Shown one piece after another: positions 42,501-52,415 of a stretch of DNA of 64,000 nt (within the stretch, counting starts at the first letter, position 1; every line of letters begins with the position of its first letter). The stretch is from Vulcanimicrobiota bacterium (GTDB lineage: Bacteria; Vulcanimicrobiota; Vulcanimicrobiia; Vulcanimicrobiales; Vulcanimicrobiaceae): assembly GCA_963714015.1 (NCBI GenBank), contig OY970223.1:2144001-2208000 (forward strand). Reading direction: 5' to 3'. A model generated the notes under the pieces. The model was not told the origin of the DNA, did no database searches, and worked only from the letters and a program-made list of their open reading frames with translations. The translations under genes and the position numbers were made by a program.

Positions 42501-42820
42501 CCGTACTCGCGCAGCTCCAGGCGCACTTTACAAGCGGTGCCGCCGCTCCGGCGTGGACCATAACCCCGCACGCGTCCGCGAGCGGTACGTGGTACTCTCT
42601 CGATGCTGCCGACGTTTCCACCGTTCCGGCGGTAATCAGCTGCGGGCACGTTGCCGCTGCCGCCAAAGAGGACCTGACCAAACTCGGTCTGGACGGAGCC
42701 GCGCCCCCTTCACTAAATTACGCTCCTAAGGTCGGACTCTACGTCATGATGCGGCAACGGCCGCCGGGAGCGGGGCCATCGCCGGCGCCCGGTCAGTCGC
42801 CGCCGCCGCAGCAGCCTTGA
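39503..42820 (+). CDS. TonB-dependent receptor-like protein with an N-terminal carboxypeptidase-regulatory-like domain and a C-terminal extension
   Basis: Signal peptide, plug-like LADALGKLSGV..LDGIPL..GGVNF, and late barrel motifs LPPYTTVDAG, TNLFN and PRQFSVTY. Confidence 0.8.
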   Translation: MRRVASGLLVFLLLAAGAPALAQSDTGEIDIAVLQASNKTPVVLARVLLDGPVIASEFTGDNGKVAFTDVPDGIYRARVFARGFQAVTSENFEVTNGKVVTIAVALAISSSGPLKTIASETVKSTTTISTTTIDQNSAQRRLSDTLADALGKLSGVTVSTSSSDSDATQTVSLEGQDASQTALTLDGIPLNAPGAAGDLRAIGSDLFTRSSVSFGPQIGGLAGGVNFSTLEPTLSWQSEFSLSAGSNGKNNYSFGESGSLGKLGIAVMKTYRSTPSLLDGMTFLDASGLDYPHEGDSNASGSMVKLRYQVTQAQTLTSMFLQNVNSSELVCAQFTGAVPCGYGPDNDYDTKFDVYSLTDNALIGDTQLQAAFFGMHNASTRNLLDRYVDGVAEPTGTSQTMNDDGFTLNATLPAHQRHTISISAYSTNSQSSFTPLVAQAAPYVFPVSGASYGAVTLNDTIRSNTKLRFNTSVGLSHASNAGGSVLAGLSTQWQPTTSDSLAFSYNVGGTAAHPGRFGLLTDPDELRYDCTGEVAYGNAPGDQPGASSSTSARLSYTHKSRTGLVSASLYQQAQNDVVLPTQVNGTVLVNEGLFPPDYFGQVGTQFQTQCNFPASLNPAQYTYFSTPIGGVRRVYEGGQLSAFYTLGQLVVEPYYDVQVAKALSGDIRLNNPYSITIPGDQLPNVPLRRAGITLDYKAPHSYLEWLADANYTGANNPQNLPPYTTVDAGVNLHLERGDLTFAGTNLFNTYGGVFSGPQWAVPYTTLGGTQIATIARPNSPRQFSVTYTVRMGSGITSQNSSQTLLAQNGPEGGRRGGPGRFFQPLPESPPADPFALNQTPLCTADAQKIAQPILNALKAYVAQIDAAKNSSGYPDTMPAPSIPGVTVDYHGLKSTYALSISLTQTAQLRPIFGCSSFHIADLQTAQQRNLYVAPQQGGGMFFRPSIAFMPSVGFYFVRRPPQPGQESFRMYKLPATAPKAPFAVLRSPACTADMRSSAQTVLAQLQAHFTSGAAAPAWTITPHASASGTWYSLDAADVSTVPAVISCGHVAAAAKEDLTKLGLDGAAPPSLNYAPKVGLYVMMRQRPPGAGPSPAPGQSPPPQQP

Positions 42821-42832
42821 GGTGCACGAGCG

Positions 42833-43348
42833 TTAGAGTTCGGTCGACGTCCCCGCGGCGCGCGCTTTCTCGACCATCTCGCGCATGCGGGGATGGTCGC
42901 CCGGAATCGTGTCGACCCAGCTTTCGAACCTCGGAACCGGTTCCTTAACGCGAAACAAGAAGTACCAAACGTTCATCTCGCCCATGAATTTGAACTCGCT
43001 GCGAATGGCGGCCGAGAGCGAAGGGTAATCCGGAAACGATCGCAGGAATTCTCGAAATCCGCCGGCCGCGCGGTCGAGCTCGATCAACTTCTGCGCGTTG
43101 GCAATCGTCGCGCGGATCTTTCGGGCGCTGTGCAAAATGCGATCGTCATGCAGCAGCCGATCGACGTCGCCTTCGGTATAAGCGGCTACGCGCGCGCAGT
43201 CAAAGCCTTCGAAAGCCTCGAGGAAGCCTTCCCAGCGCTGGGCGATCGAGGACCAGCGCAAACCCGCCTGAAAGACGGCTCGCGTCATGACTTCGAGGTA
43301 GTCTCCGAGGCGCTCGGGGCTTACTTGTGCGGGAATGGTATCAGCCAT
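42833..43348 (-). CDS. tag: DNA-3-methyladenine glycosylase I family protein
   Basis: FQAGLRW, AFEGFD, KIRATIANA, FKFMG. Confidence 0.85.
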   Translation of the reverse strand: MADTIPAQVSPERLGDYLEVMTRAVFQAGLRWSSIAQRWEGFLEAFEGFDCARVAAYTEGDVDRLLHDDRILHSARKIRATIANAQKLIELDRAAGGFREFLRSFPDYPSLSAAIRSEFKFMGEMNVWYFLFRVKEPVPRFESWVDTIPGDHPRMREMVEKARAAGTSTEL

Positions 43349-43407
43349 CGGGCCAATGACGGAACTTCAAAGCGCCTCCCGGCGTACAGAGGTAAGAAAA
43401 GGAGCGC

Positions 43408-44313
43408 ATGGCGTTGTTGACGACCCTCCTGCTTTCGACCGCGCTCGCCGCCGCACCCGGCCGGCCGGATGCGTACGGCATCTACGAGCGGGCGCGGGAA
43501 GTGTGGTTGACGCAGCGCTATCCTGACGTTCTCGCGTATACGGTCGAGGTCACCGCGGCGAACGACGGCACGCCGGCGCAGCGGCACTACCACGAATTTT
43601 GGTCTGCCGCGGACGGCCGCGTCTTCGTCAACCCGCCCGTCAGCGACGAACAGGTGCAAAACCCGTACAAGCCGTCACCCGGCGTAAGTTTCATGGGCTG
43701 GAACATCGGCGCGCCTCGAGAGGGCAGCGGAGTCAAAGATTTCATCAGCGTACCGCTGCTCGCACCGAACTACAGCTTCGGACTTGTTCCCTATATCCCG
43801 CCGTCGGCATTGACGCCGGCGGATCTCGTCGCGCAGATCCGGCGCGAATATCACGATCCCTCGCCCGCCAAGATCGCGCAACTGGAGCAGACCTCCGGCC
43901 TGAAGACGATCGCTTCGGTAACCAGCAGCGCCGGATCGTATAAGATAGAACTCGTCGGCGTCGAGCCCGAACAAACGGGACCGGCATACCATCTCGCCCT
44001 CACGCCGCTTCGGGACCCGCTCAAGTACCGGCTGCGCGATCTTTGGATCGACAAGGCGACGTTTGAAACGGACCGCGCGCGCATCGGCGGCAACTTCACC
44101 GACGCCGCGACGGAGAGCGTTTCGTGGATGGTGCGGTTCGAGCAGATCGACGGCACGACGTACATTCAGAGCGAGCGCGCCGAAAGTCCCATCGTCGGCT
44201 ATCACGGCCTAATGTACACGCAGTACCAGGTGGCCTTCCAGAGCGTGCGTCAAGGGACGCTGCCTCGCTTAGCGGATCTGAGTGTAGTGGACGAACCGCT
44301 CTGCGAACCTTAG
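43408..44313 (+). CDS. Secreted hypothetical protein
   Basis: ATG after AAGGAG; signal peptide; beta-rich C-terminus. Confidence 0.75.
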   Translation: MALLTTLLLSTALAAAPGRPDAYGIYERAREVWLTQRYPDVLAYTVEVTAANDGTPAQRHYHEFWSAADGRVFVNPPVSDEQVQNPYKPSPGVSFMGWNIGAPREGSGVKDFISVPLLAPNYSFGLVPYIPPSALTPADLVAQIRREYHDPSPAKIAQLEQTSGLKTIASVTSSAGSYKIELVGVEPEQTGPAYHLALTPLRDPLKYRLRDLWIDKATFETDRARIGGNFTDAATESVSWMVRFEQIDGTTYIQSERAESPIVGYHGLMYTQYQVAFQSVRQGTLPRLADLSVVDEPLCEP

Positions 44314-44402
44314 CGCCGGAGAGTTTCTTTCCATAAGAACCCGGACGAACCCGGCCTGACGGGCGTTGCGACGGCATAGTGTAAAAATACTACCGCCTGC
44401 AT

Positions 44403-44476
44403 GAAGGACCCCTTTGCAGTGCGACCAAGGTCAGATCGACTTGTCCTATCCAACATTCGTTTGAAAGGGGTCTTTC
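44403..44476 (+). promoter_or_regulatory. 5' leader stem sequestering the ribosome-binding site
   Basis: GAAGGACCCCTTT (44403-44415) pairs with AAAGGGGTCTTTC (44464-44476), 13 bp including one G-U. Confidence 0.55.
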
Positions 44477-44479
44477 TCC

Positions 44480-45610
44480 GTGCAGAGATTTATCAGGATC
44501 GCGGCGGCTGCGACCGTTGCTTCCCTACTAGCGGCGTGCGCAGGGCAGAACGGATCTATTCCGGTTCAGTCCACCCAAGCCCAGAACAGGAATCAGGGAT
44601 TCAGTGTGACCCAGCAAGGAACGGGTCCGCGGCCGATGGATCGGGTTTTCCATTTCGCCGGCAATCGTTTCTTGGCTCCCAGTACCGCCTTCCCGACGTG
44701 GCACGGTTCGTTCAAATATCAGGGGTCGACCTACAACTACACGATGGTCGGGCCGAATCCGGCGACCAGCAATAAGAATACGACCATTCCGGTCGACATT
44801 ATTCCGATCAAGGTGGTGGTGGACTCGAAGAGTTACGATCCCAATACGAAGTTGTCGACCGGACAAACCGCAATCCAGAACACCGTGAGTTCCCCGATCT
44901 ACTCCAGCGGCGTTACGTTCAAGGAGGGCGGCATCGGCCTAGGCAACACCCAGTACATCGATGCCTTCCAGCGCGGAAACTTCTGGATTAGCGTCAAGAA
45001 GAACAAGCAGTATCACGTGCGGCTCGGCACTCCGACCGTGCTTGCGACGCAAACCGTCAAGCCGACCGGTTCGAACGGCGGACAAGGCAACCCGTTCGGC
45101 ATCGAAGTCGGACTCGTCAATATCAACTACCTGGATCCAATTCTCACCGGCCTGATCTCCTCGCTGAAGATCCCGGCCGGAACGTTGCCGGTATTCATGA
45201 CGTACGACGTCTACTTGACGGAGGGTCCGGCAAACCTGAACGACTGCTGCATCGGCGGATACCACGACTATACCGGCACCAATACGTACATGCAGTTCAC
45301 GTACATCAACAACCCGGGCAGCGGCGTCCAGTTCTCGCAAGACGTCGGCGCGCTCTCGCACGAGACCGGTGAATGGTACGACGATCCGTTCATCAACAAC
45401 GAGCCGTTCTGCGGCGGTCTTCTCGAAGTCGGCGACCCGCTCGAGAACGAGCCGAACTACGGTCTCTATCCCTACAGCCTCGGCGGGTTCACGTACCATC
45501 TGCAGGACCTGACGAACCTTCCGTACTTCGGCGCTCCGAAGGACACGTCGATCAAGGATCAGGTTACGTTCCAGGGTACGAACCTGGGCGTCTGCCAGAA
45601 CGGACAGTAG
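44480..45610 (+). CDS. Secreted lipoprotein with an HExxE motif
   Basis: Lipobox LAAC; CCIGGYH, HETGEWYDDP, EVGDPLE. Confidence 0.75.
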   Translation: MQRFIRIAAAATVASLLAACAGQNGSIPVQSTQAQNRNQGFSVTQQGTGPRPMDRVFHFAGNRFLAPSTAFPTWHGSFKYQGSTYNYTMVGPNPATSNKNTTIPVDIIPIKVVVDSKSYDPNTKLSTGQTAIQNTVSSPIYSSGVTFKEGGIGLGNTQYIDAFQRGNFWISVKKNKQYHVRLGTPTVLATQTVKPTGSNGGQGNPFGIEVGLVNINYLDPILTGLISSLKIPAGTLPVFMTYDVYLTEGPANLNDCCIGGYHDYTGTNTYMQFTYINNPGSGVQFSQDVGALSHETGEWYDDPFINNEPFCGGLLEVGDPLENEPNYGLYPYSLGGFTYHLQDLTNLPYFGAPKDTSIKDQVTFQGTNLGVCQNGQ

Positions 45611-45636
45611 ACGGTTCGAGCGACGGTAAGCGTCAG

Positions 45637-45671
45637 TGAAAGGGCCCCGCTTCCAGGCGGGGCCCTTTTTT
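45637..45671 (+). terminator. Rho-independent terminator
   Basis: AAAGGGCCCCGC-TTCCAG-GCGGGGCCCTTT followed by a T-run. Confidence 0.88.
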
Positions 45672-45757
45672 CATCGGCATGCGCCGGCCGCGCGCGTACG
45701 TTTTGATCGCCAGCGTCGCTGGCGGGATTACCATCGCCGCGACGAACTCAACGCAGG

Positions 45758-48482
45758 GTGAACCCGAGCGGAGTTTCGCGCATCGATCAAACCCGCTGCT
45801 GGACGCCCCTATATAGTCCGGAGTTCGTCGGACGCCGGGAAGAGCTGCACTTTCTGCATGACGAGTATCGCACTGCTTGCGAAGGGCGGATGCGTCTGGT
45901 CGCGATCCAGGGCGATGCCGGAATCGGCAAGTCGCGTCTGCTCCAAGAGTTTTTCCGGTCGGCGGCGCAACACGCGATTTGTGGAAGCTGTTCCGAACAG
46001 ATTCGCAGCCCGTACTTTCCCATCGTTCCGGTGCTCGAGGAGCTCGACCCGGCCAGGAGATGGGCGCCCGGTGATGAGCGCAAGCCCCAGTTCTTTGCCG
46101 CCGCGGCCCAAGCATTGCGCCGCCGCGCCGCGCAATTTCCGCTGATTCTTGCGCTGGAAGATTTGCAGTGGGCCGACGGCGCGACGCTCGAGGTCGTGGG
46201 TTTTCTAGCGCAGCGGCTGGTGAATGTTCCGGTACTGCTCGTACTTACGATGCGGAGCATCGATGCGGACAGGGGATACGAGGAGCTTACGGCGTTTCGC
46301 AGCATCGTCTCCCGCTGCAGGGCGGCCTCCCTGCATCTTCGCCCGCTCAGGCGCAACGACGTCCGGACATTGGTGCGGCGAACGCTCCAGCAGCGCGGCC
46401 TTCAGGCCAGTTCCGAGGCGATGCTCCAGATCGAACTGCTCGCCGAAGGGAATCCGCTGTTTGCCGAAGAGGCTCGCGCGTTTGGCGCTGGAGAACGGCG
46501 AGTTGATCTTGCAGTCCCGGGCGCCGCTCTCCGCTGCAGCGATTCTGAACGAACGAATCGCGCCGTTCGACGAGGGCGACCGCAACGCGCTGATCCATGC
46601 CGCAATCATCGGTGAAGCCTTCGACGTTCCGGTACTGGCCCAGTTATTGCAAATACCGTTGCACGATCTCGTAACGCTGATGCAGCGCTGCGTCGAACGC
46701 GGGCTCCTGGTTCAGGACCCGGATCTTCCGCTGCGGTTCCACTTCAAGCACGCGTTGATTCGAAAAACGCTGGCCGATCGTCTCGTCCTTGCGCGCGCAG
46801 CCCCGCTTCACGTTCGGATCGCACAAATGCTCGAGGACGGCGAAGAAGACGACGCCGGAACGGCGCAGCTCGCATATCATTGGTCGGCCGCCCGGCAGGC
46901 CGAAAAAGCGCGGGTTTGGAACGAGCGCGCCGCCCAGCAAGCCTGGAAAGCATATGCATATCGCGATGCGATTCGTTTCTATAATGAAGCGCTGCGTTGG
47001 GATTATCCGCAAGGCAGCGCCCGCGCCTCGCTCTACGAACGCCTCGGAACGCTGCATTACATCGACGGTTCGGGTGAAGAGCCCGCGCTGTGGTTTGCCC
47101 GCGCGCAGCACGAGTATGAAAACGCAGGCGACGAGCGCGATGCTGCTCGGGCGATCTGGCTTTTGGCCGATCAGCATTGGGTGGACGCTCGGACGAAGGA
47201 GGCCCTCATCGCGGCGACCCATGCCGAGGAACGCGCGCGCGCAGTTGGAGAGGAAGTGCTGCGCACCGATGCGCTGCTTTCCATTGCGCGCTTCGCATGC
47301 ACGCTCGGCGACCCGCAGAATGCCGCCGGATATCTCGAGGCTTCTGCAGCCGCCGCTGCGCAAAGTGCGGACTGCGCCACTCGCGCGTCGCTGCATGAAA
47401 TACGCGGAGAGATGCTCGCTGCAATGGGCCGAGGTTACCGTGCGCTCGATGAACTGGAAGCTGCGGCACAAAACGCCGCGCAAAGCGGATCCGCGGAACT
47501 CGTCGCGCAGATCGAAAACAACGTCGCGCTCAATGCATGCGATCTGGGGGAACTGGACGTCGCAATAGCGCACCATCGCCTCGCCTTGGAAGAGGCCGAA
47601 CGCACCGGATTGATGTGGCGCGTTGCATATTGCTCGCTGGGGTTTGCCCGCTCGCTTACGCTCAGAGGGGAACTGGCGGCCGCGCGCGACCTGATGTGGC
47701 GCGCGCTCGATACGGGAGTCGCCACCGCCACGTTCAAAACGAAGGCCGCCGCGGTGGGTATTCCGCTTGGGCTGATGCTCAACGATCGCGCCCTGCTCGA
47801 TCTTTGCGCTCGAGAAGAAGCGTTGGCCCTTGCGTTGCAGTCGGGCGAGGCGCAGCGCATCGCTTCGGTCAGCGCAGCCTTCGCCGAGCTGCGGGCGGAG
47901 CAAGGATCGCCGGAGGAAGCGCGGTCACTCCTCAGACGCGCACTGGAAGGTGTGGAACGGGCTCACCGCGCGTGGGATTTGCTGCTTTGCGCCGGTATAT
48001 TGGGCGAGGCTCGCGACATCGAACGAGCGCGCAAGCTCTTCGCTGCGGCGTTGGGCCGCCCGCGGGTGCGCCGGTCATACCGCTTGCTGTTCGAAACGCT
48101 GGTGCGGGAGCGTGCGCGAGAAGAACGCGACCGCTGCGGCGCCGCGGCGGCAATGCATTTTACAATCGTCGGGGACCGCCTGCATACTGCCCGATGCCTC
48201 GAAGCGGGCGGTGAGATCGAAAAGGCACTGCGCGTATATACGGAAATGGGCAGCGTGCGGGATTGCGCCCGGTTGCGTAAGCCGCCGCCGGCCGAGATGA
48301 GTCCAAGGCAATTGCAGATCGCCGAGCTCGTCGCGCTGGGGGACACCAATCGTTGCATAGCGGACCGGCTGAACATCAGCGAACATACGGTCGAGCACCA
48401 TCTCTCGGCCATCTTTGCGCGGCTCAACCTAAAATCGCGAGCGCAACTTGCCGGCGTGATGGCGCGAAGGTCAGGTCCATAG
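45758..48482 (+). CDS. LAL-type AAA ATPase-TPR-LuxR regulator (frameshift near 46472)
   Basis: FVGRREEL, GDAGIGKSRL, LEDLQWAD, EGNPLFAEE, FKHALIR, and a C-terminal LuxR HTH. Confidence 0.88.
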
Positions 48483-48553
48483 CGGAAATCCGGGATACCG
48501 CTCGCATCCCTCTTTCCTTATACTCAACGCAATACGTCTGTGGAGGACGACTC

Positions 48554-51500
48554 ATGGGCTTGTTCGGTTGCGTTCGCGCGATTCTCTCACTCTGCATCTG
48601 CTGCGCGCTCTTGGCTTGGCAATGCGCGCCCGCCCTAGCCGGCACCACCGGAGGGGTAAGCGGCGTCGTCACCGACGCTGCCACCGGACGTCCGTTGGCG
48701 GATGCCAAAGTAAGCGTCACGAGTCCTTCGCAGACCGCCACGGTTCAAACGGACTCGGGCGGCCACTTTGCATTTCTATCGCTGGAGCCCGACACGTACA
48801 CGCTGACCGCCCTGCAGACGAACTACGATTCGTCGACGATCACCGGCATTGCGGTGTTCGCCGATCAGACCCAGACAGTCACCGTAGCGCTGCAGCCCTC
48901 GCTCAAAACCATCGCGCGCGTTACTTCCCGCTCGTCGATCAGTCCCGTCAAGCCGGGCACCACCGGAGACGTCTATTCCGTGAATCCGGCGCTCGCCCAA
49001 GCATCGGCAACGCTGGGCGGCGGCGGCAACCTTACAACGGCGTATTCCGCGATCGCGGCGATGCCCGGCGCGTACGTTCCGCCCAATCAGGTAGGGGTCG
49101 ACCAATCCGTCTACATTCGCGGCGGATACTACGATCAGATCGGTTTCGAGTTCGACGGCGTTCCGGTGAACCGTTCGTTCGACAATCTGCCCTCGCACGC
49201 GGTCGCGACACTCGGACAGCAGGAACTTCAGATCTACACGGGCGGAGGTCCCGCGGCCGCGGATGCGACGGGGCTTGCCGGATTCGTCAACCAAGTGATC
49301 AAAACCGGAACATATCCCGGCTCGGCAACGATCGAGGCACGCGTCGGCGGCCCGTCGTTCTATCATGAGTTTAGCGGCGAGCTCTCCGGGGCCACGCCCG
49401 ATCACCGGTTTTCGTACTACGTCGCGCTCTCCGGCACCAATCAGTTCTTCAATTATCTCTCGAATAACAACGGTACGGACATGCTGGACACGTTTCCTTA
49501 CGGCGACGGTCCGAGCAACTTGACGACCTTCTTGCCGTTCTATCCGGCCGTCTACCCGAATTGCAATCCGTCGGATCCGAACCTCTACGAGAATCCGGTG
49601 GCGCCGGGCAGTCCGGCGAATACGGGATCCGGCCCGACGCTAACCTCGGATCCGGGGTGCTACTCCGCAATTACGGATGCGTACGCTTTGCCGTCGATGG
49701 TCGACGATCGGGAAACGGTTGCGAACCTGCACTTTGCCGTTCCTCACAGGCACGACTCCGGACGAGACGACATTCAACTCCTGTTCGACAACTCCACGCA
49801 GTACGAGCAGATTTACGCCGGTCCCAACGACGTCGGACAACCCTTGCTCCAGGCGCTCGAGACGTGCTGCGGCGGCGGATTGATCTATGCGCCGCACTGG
49901 CCGGACTTCTTGACGTACCCGGCCGGCACGCCGTTCTTCGCTCCCGCGAACACGCCGCCGATCGCCTACCTCTTCCCCGGATCGCCGCTCGACCGCTGCA
50001 ACAACACGGACCTGCTCTCGAACGACAACCTGGTCTCACCTCCTTCGATTGCCGGTCAGTGTGCCAATGGGGGCCTTTCGCTGCTTCCGAACGACTACCG
50101 GGACGGGAGATGGGATCAGGCCAGCATCTTTAAAGCTCAATACCAAAAGAACTTCGGCAGCAACGCCTATCTGCGGTTGTTCGGATATACGTTTTACAGC
50201 AACACGAACCGCAGCGGCGCGTCGCGGTACGGCATCGGCAGCGGTTTGGGTGGAACGAACTACGACTACGAAGTCGATGCGCACACCCGCGGAGCGGAGA
50301 TGCAGTTTGCGGATCAGCTGACGGGAACGAATCAGCTGATGGCTACCCTCAACTACACAACGGCGAGCACGCTGCGATCCTACAGTTATCAAGACGAGAA
50401 TAACTGGAACGCTCCGGTCAGTAACTTGACGAACGGATCGCAATGCTTCGCCGCGTATAACGGTTACTTGCAGAACGATCCGCAAGGGCTCAATCCGATA
50501 TCCGCCGGTAGTGCCGAACCCTGCAACGACCCCATCACGCAGGGAACCTTCGGGGATCCGACGAGCGTCGCCGATCCTTCCGCTTCAACTCCGGTGGCCG
50601 AGGCTCTGAACTGCAGCGCATCGTCCTCCGGCGCGCCTATCCCCTCGCCGGCTTGCGCAGCGGGCGCCTCGTGGCGACTGACCTACACGGGCAACAATGC
50701 GCTCATAAACGCCGTTACGCCGAAATTCACAAACTTCTCGCTGACGGACGAGTGGCGCCCGAACGAGAAGCTGGACATAAACGCAAGTATTCGGTTAGAC
50801 CGTGATGAGTTCGACTTGCGCCCAATCGCCTCGCCGGGAACGAACTTTTGGTTCGCCGCGGCGCAAAATGAGTTTTGCTATTATCCGGATACCCTCTTGC
50901 CGCTTGTCGTTCCCCAGCCGCCGCAAAACGCAAGTTCGGTCGAGCCTTACGTTGCGCTGACGTGCCCCGGCAACACTGTGCATCCCGACGGGAAGAACGG
51001 CCACGTGCTCTTTACGGACCAGTTCAATCCGACGTACGTGCAGTCGTATGCGGAACCGCGCTTTGGGCTAACGTACCAAACCGATCCCGACACCGTTCTG
51101 CGCTTTTCCGCCGGACGTTACGCTCAAGAGCCCCAAAACTATGAAGTCGAATATGACGGCACGCAAGAAAACCTCGCCGCCGGGCTCTTCGGTTTTCTCC
51201 CGTTCGGTTTTACGACGCCGCGGCACGACGCGGGCGCGCAGTTCTCGAACAACTTCGACCTTTCGTACGAACACCATATCCGCGGAACCGATCTTTCGTT
51301 CAAACTGACCCCGTTCTACCGTTATGCGACCGACCAATTATACGAAACGGTCAGCATTCCGACGCTCTTCGGGCTCTCGCCTTCGTTCAATTCCGGGACG
51401 GAGCGCGCCGACGGCGTAGAATTGGAGTTCACGGCCGGCGACTTCAACAAGAATGGATTCTCGGGCGTATTCTCTTACACGTTTACCAACGCGAAAGAGC

Positions 51501-52415
51501 AGTGGGCGAATTACGCCGGCGTGCCGATCAATCCGGTCGACCCGTACAACGAAGCGATCCAGTATTACAATCAGTCTGACGTCCGCTTGCGGCGGCTCCA
51601 ACCCCTCACCCGTGCTCTGCGGCGACATGAGCGTCGTGGGGCCCCCGGCGCCGTGTTACACCAACAGCGGAACCGACTCGCCCGATCCCACCTGCGCACC
51701 CACGTCGATTCGCAACCCCTACTACAACATGCCGGCGCAGCCGCTGCTCGACAAGAACGGCTGGTACACGCCGGGGCTCGATTTTCCGTACGTTTCGCCG
51801 AACACGTTCTCGCTGGTAATGAACTACCGCCACGGTCCTTTTGCGATAACGCCCGCTCTTGAATTGGCGGAGGGAACCTCTTACGGAACGCCGGCGGACT
51901 TCCAGGGCTTGGACCCGCGCGTCTGTGGGGCAAATCAAGGTTCGATCGGCGTCAAGAGCGGAAATCCGCTCAACGCGGATTACACCTCGTGCGGGCTGGC
52001 CGCAACGCCGACCGGTACGTTGAACATTCCGAATCCTTATACCGGAACGTTCGACACGTTCGGCCAGTTTCAGCAGCCGTGGGATTTCAATTTAGGCTTG
52101 CAGGCCAGCTACGATCTCACGCGATCGGTGACCGCGAACCTGACGGTCACGAATTTGCTGAATCAGTGTTTCGGCGGATCGGCCGAGCCGTGGACCGCGG
52201 CGCACCCGCCCAGCCGCACCGTTTGCGGATACGGCTCGAACATCTTTTACATCAGCAATTTCTATAACGGCACGAGTCCCAACGACGTCTCTGCCAACGG
52301 CGTACCGCTCAATCCCGCATTTAGTCCGGCTTTCATGCCGGCGCCGGGCGACGACTCCGCGTACAACCTCACGTTGCCCCTGGAAGTATACTTCCAATTG
52401 CGGTTCAAGCTTTAG
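48554..52415 (+). CDS. Large TonB-dependent receptor (Oar-like) (frameshift near 51575)
   Basis: ATG after GGAGG; signal peptide; TTGGVSGVV.D N-domain; YIRGG..FEFDGVPVN plug; ends VYFQLRFKL. Confidence 0.85.
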
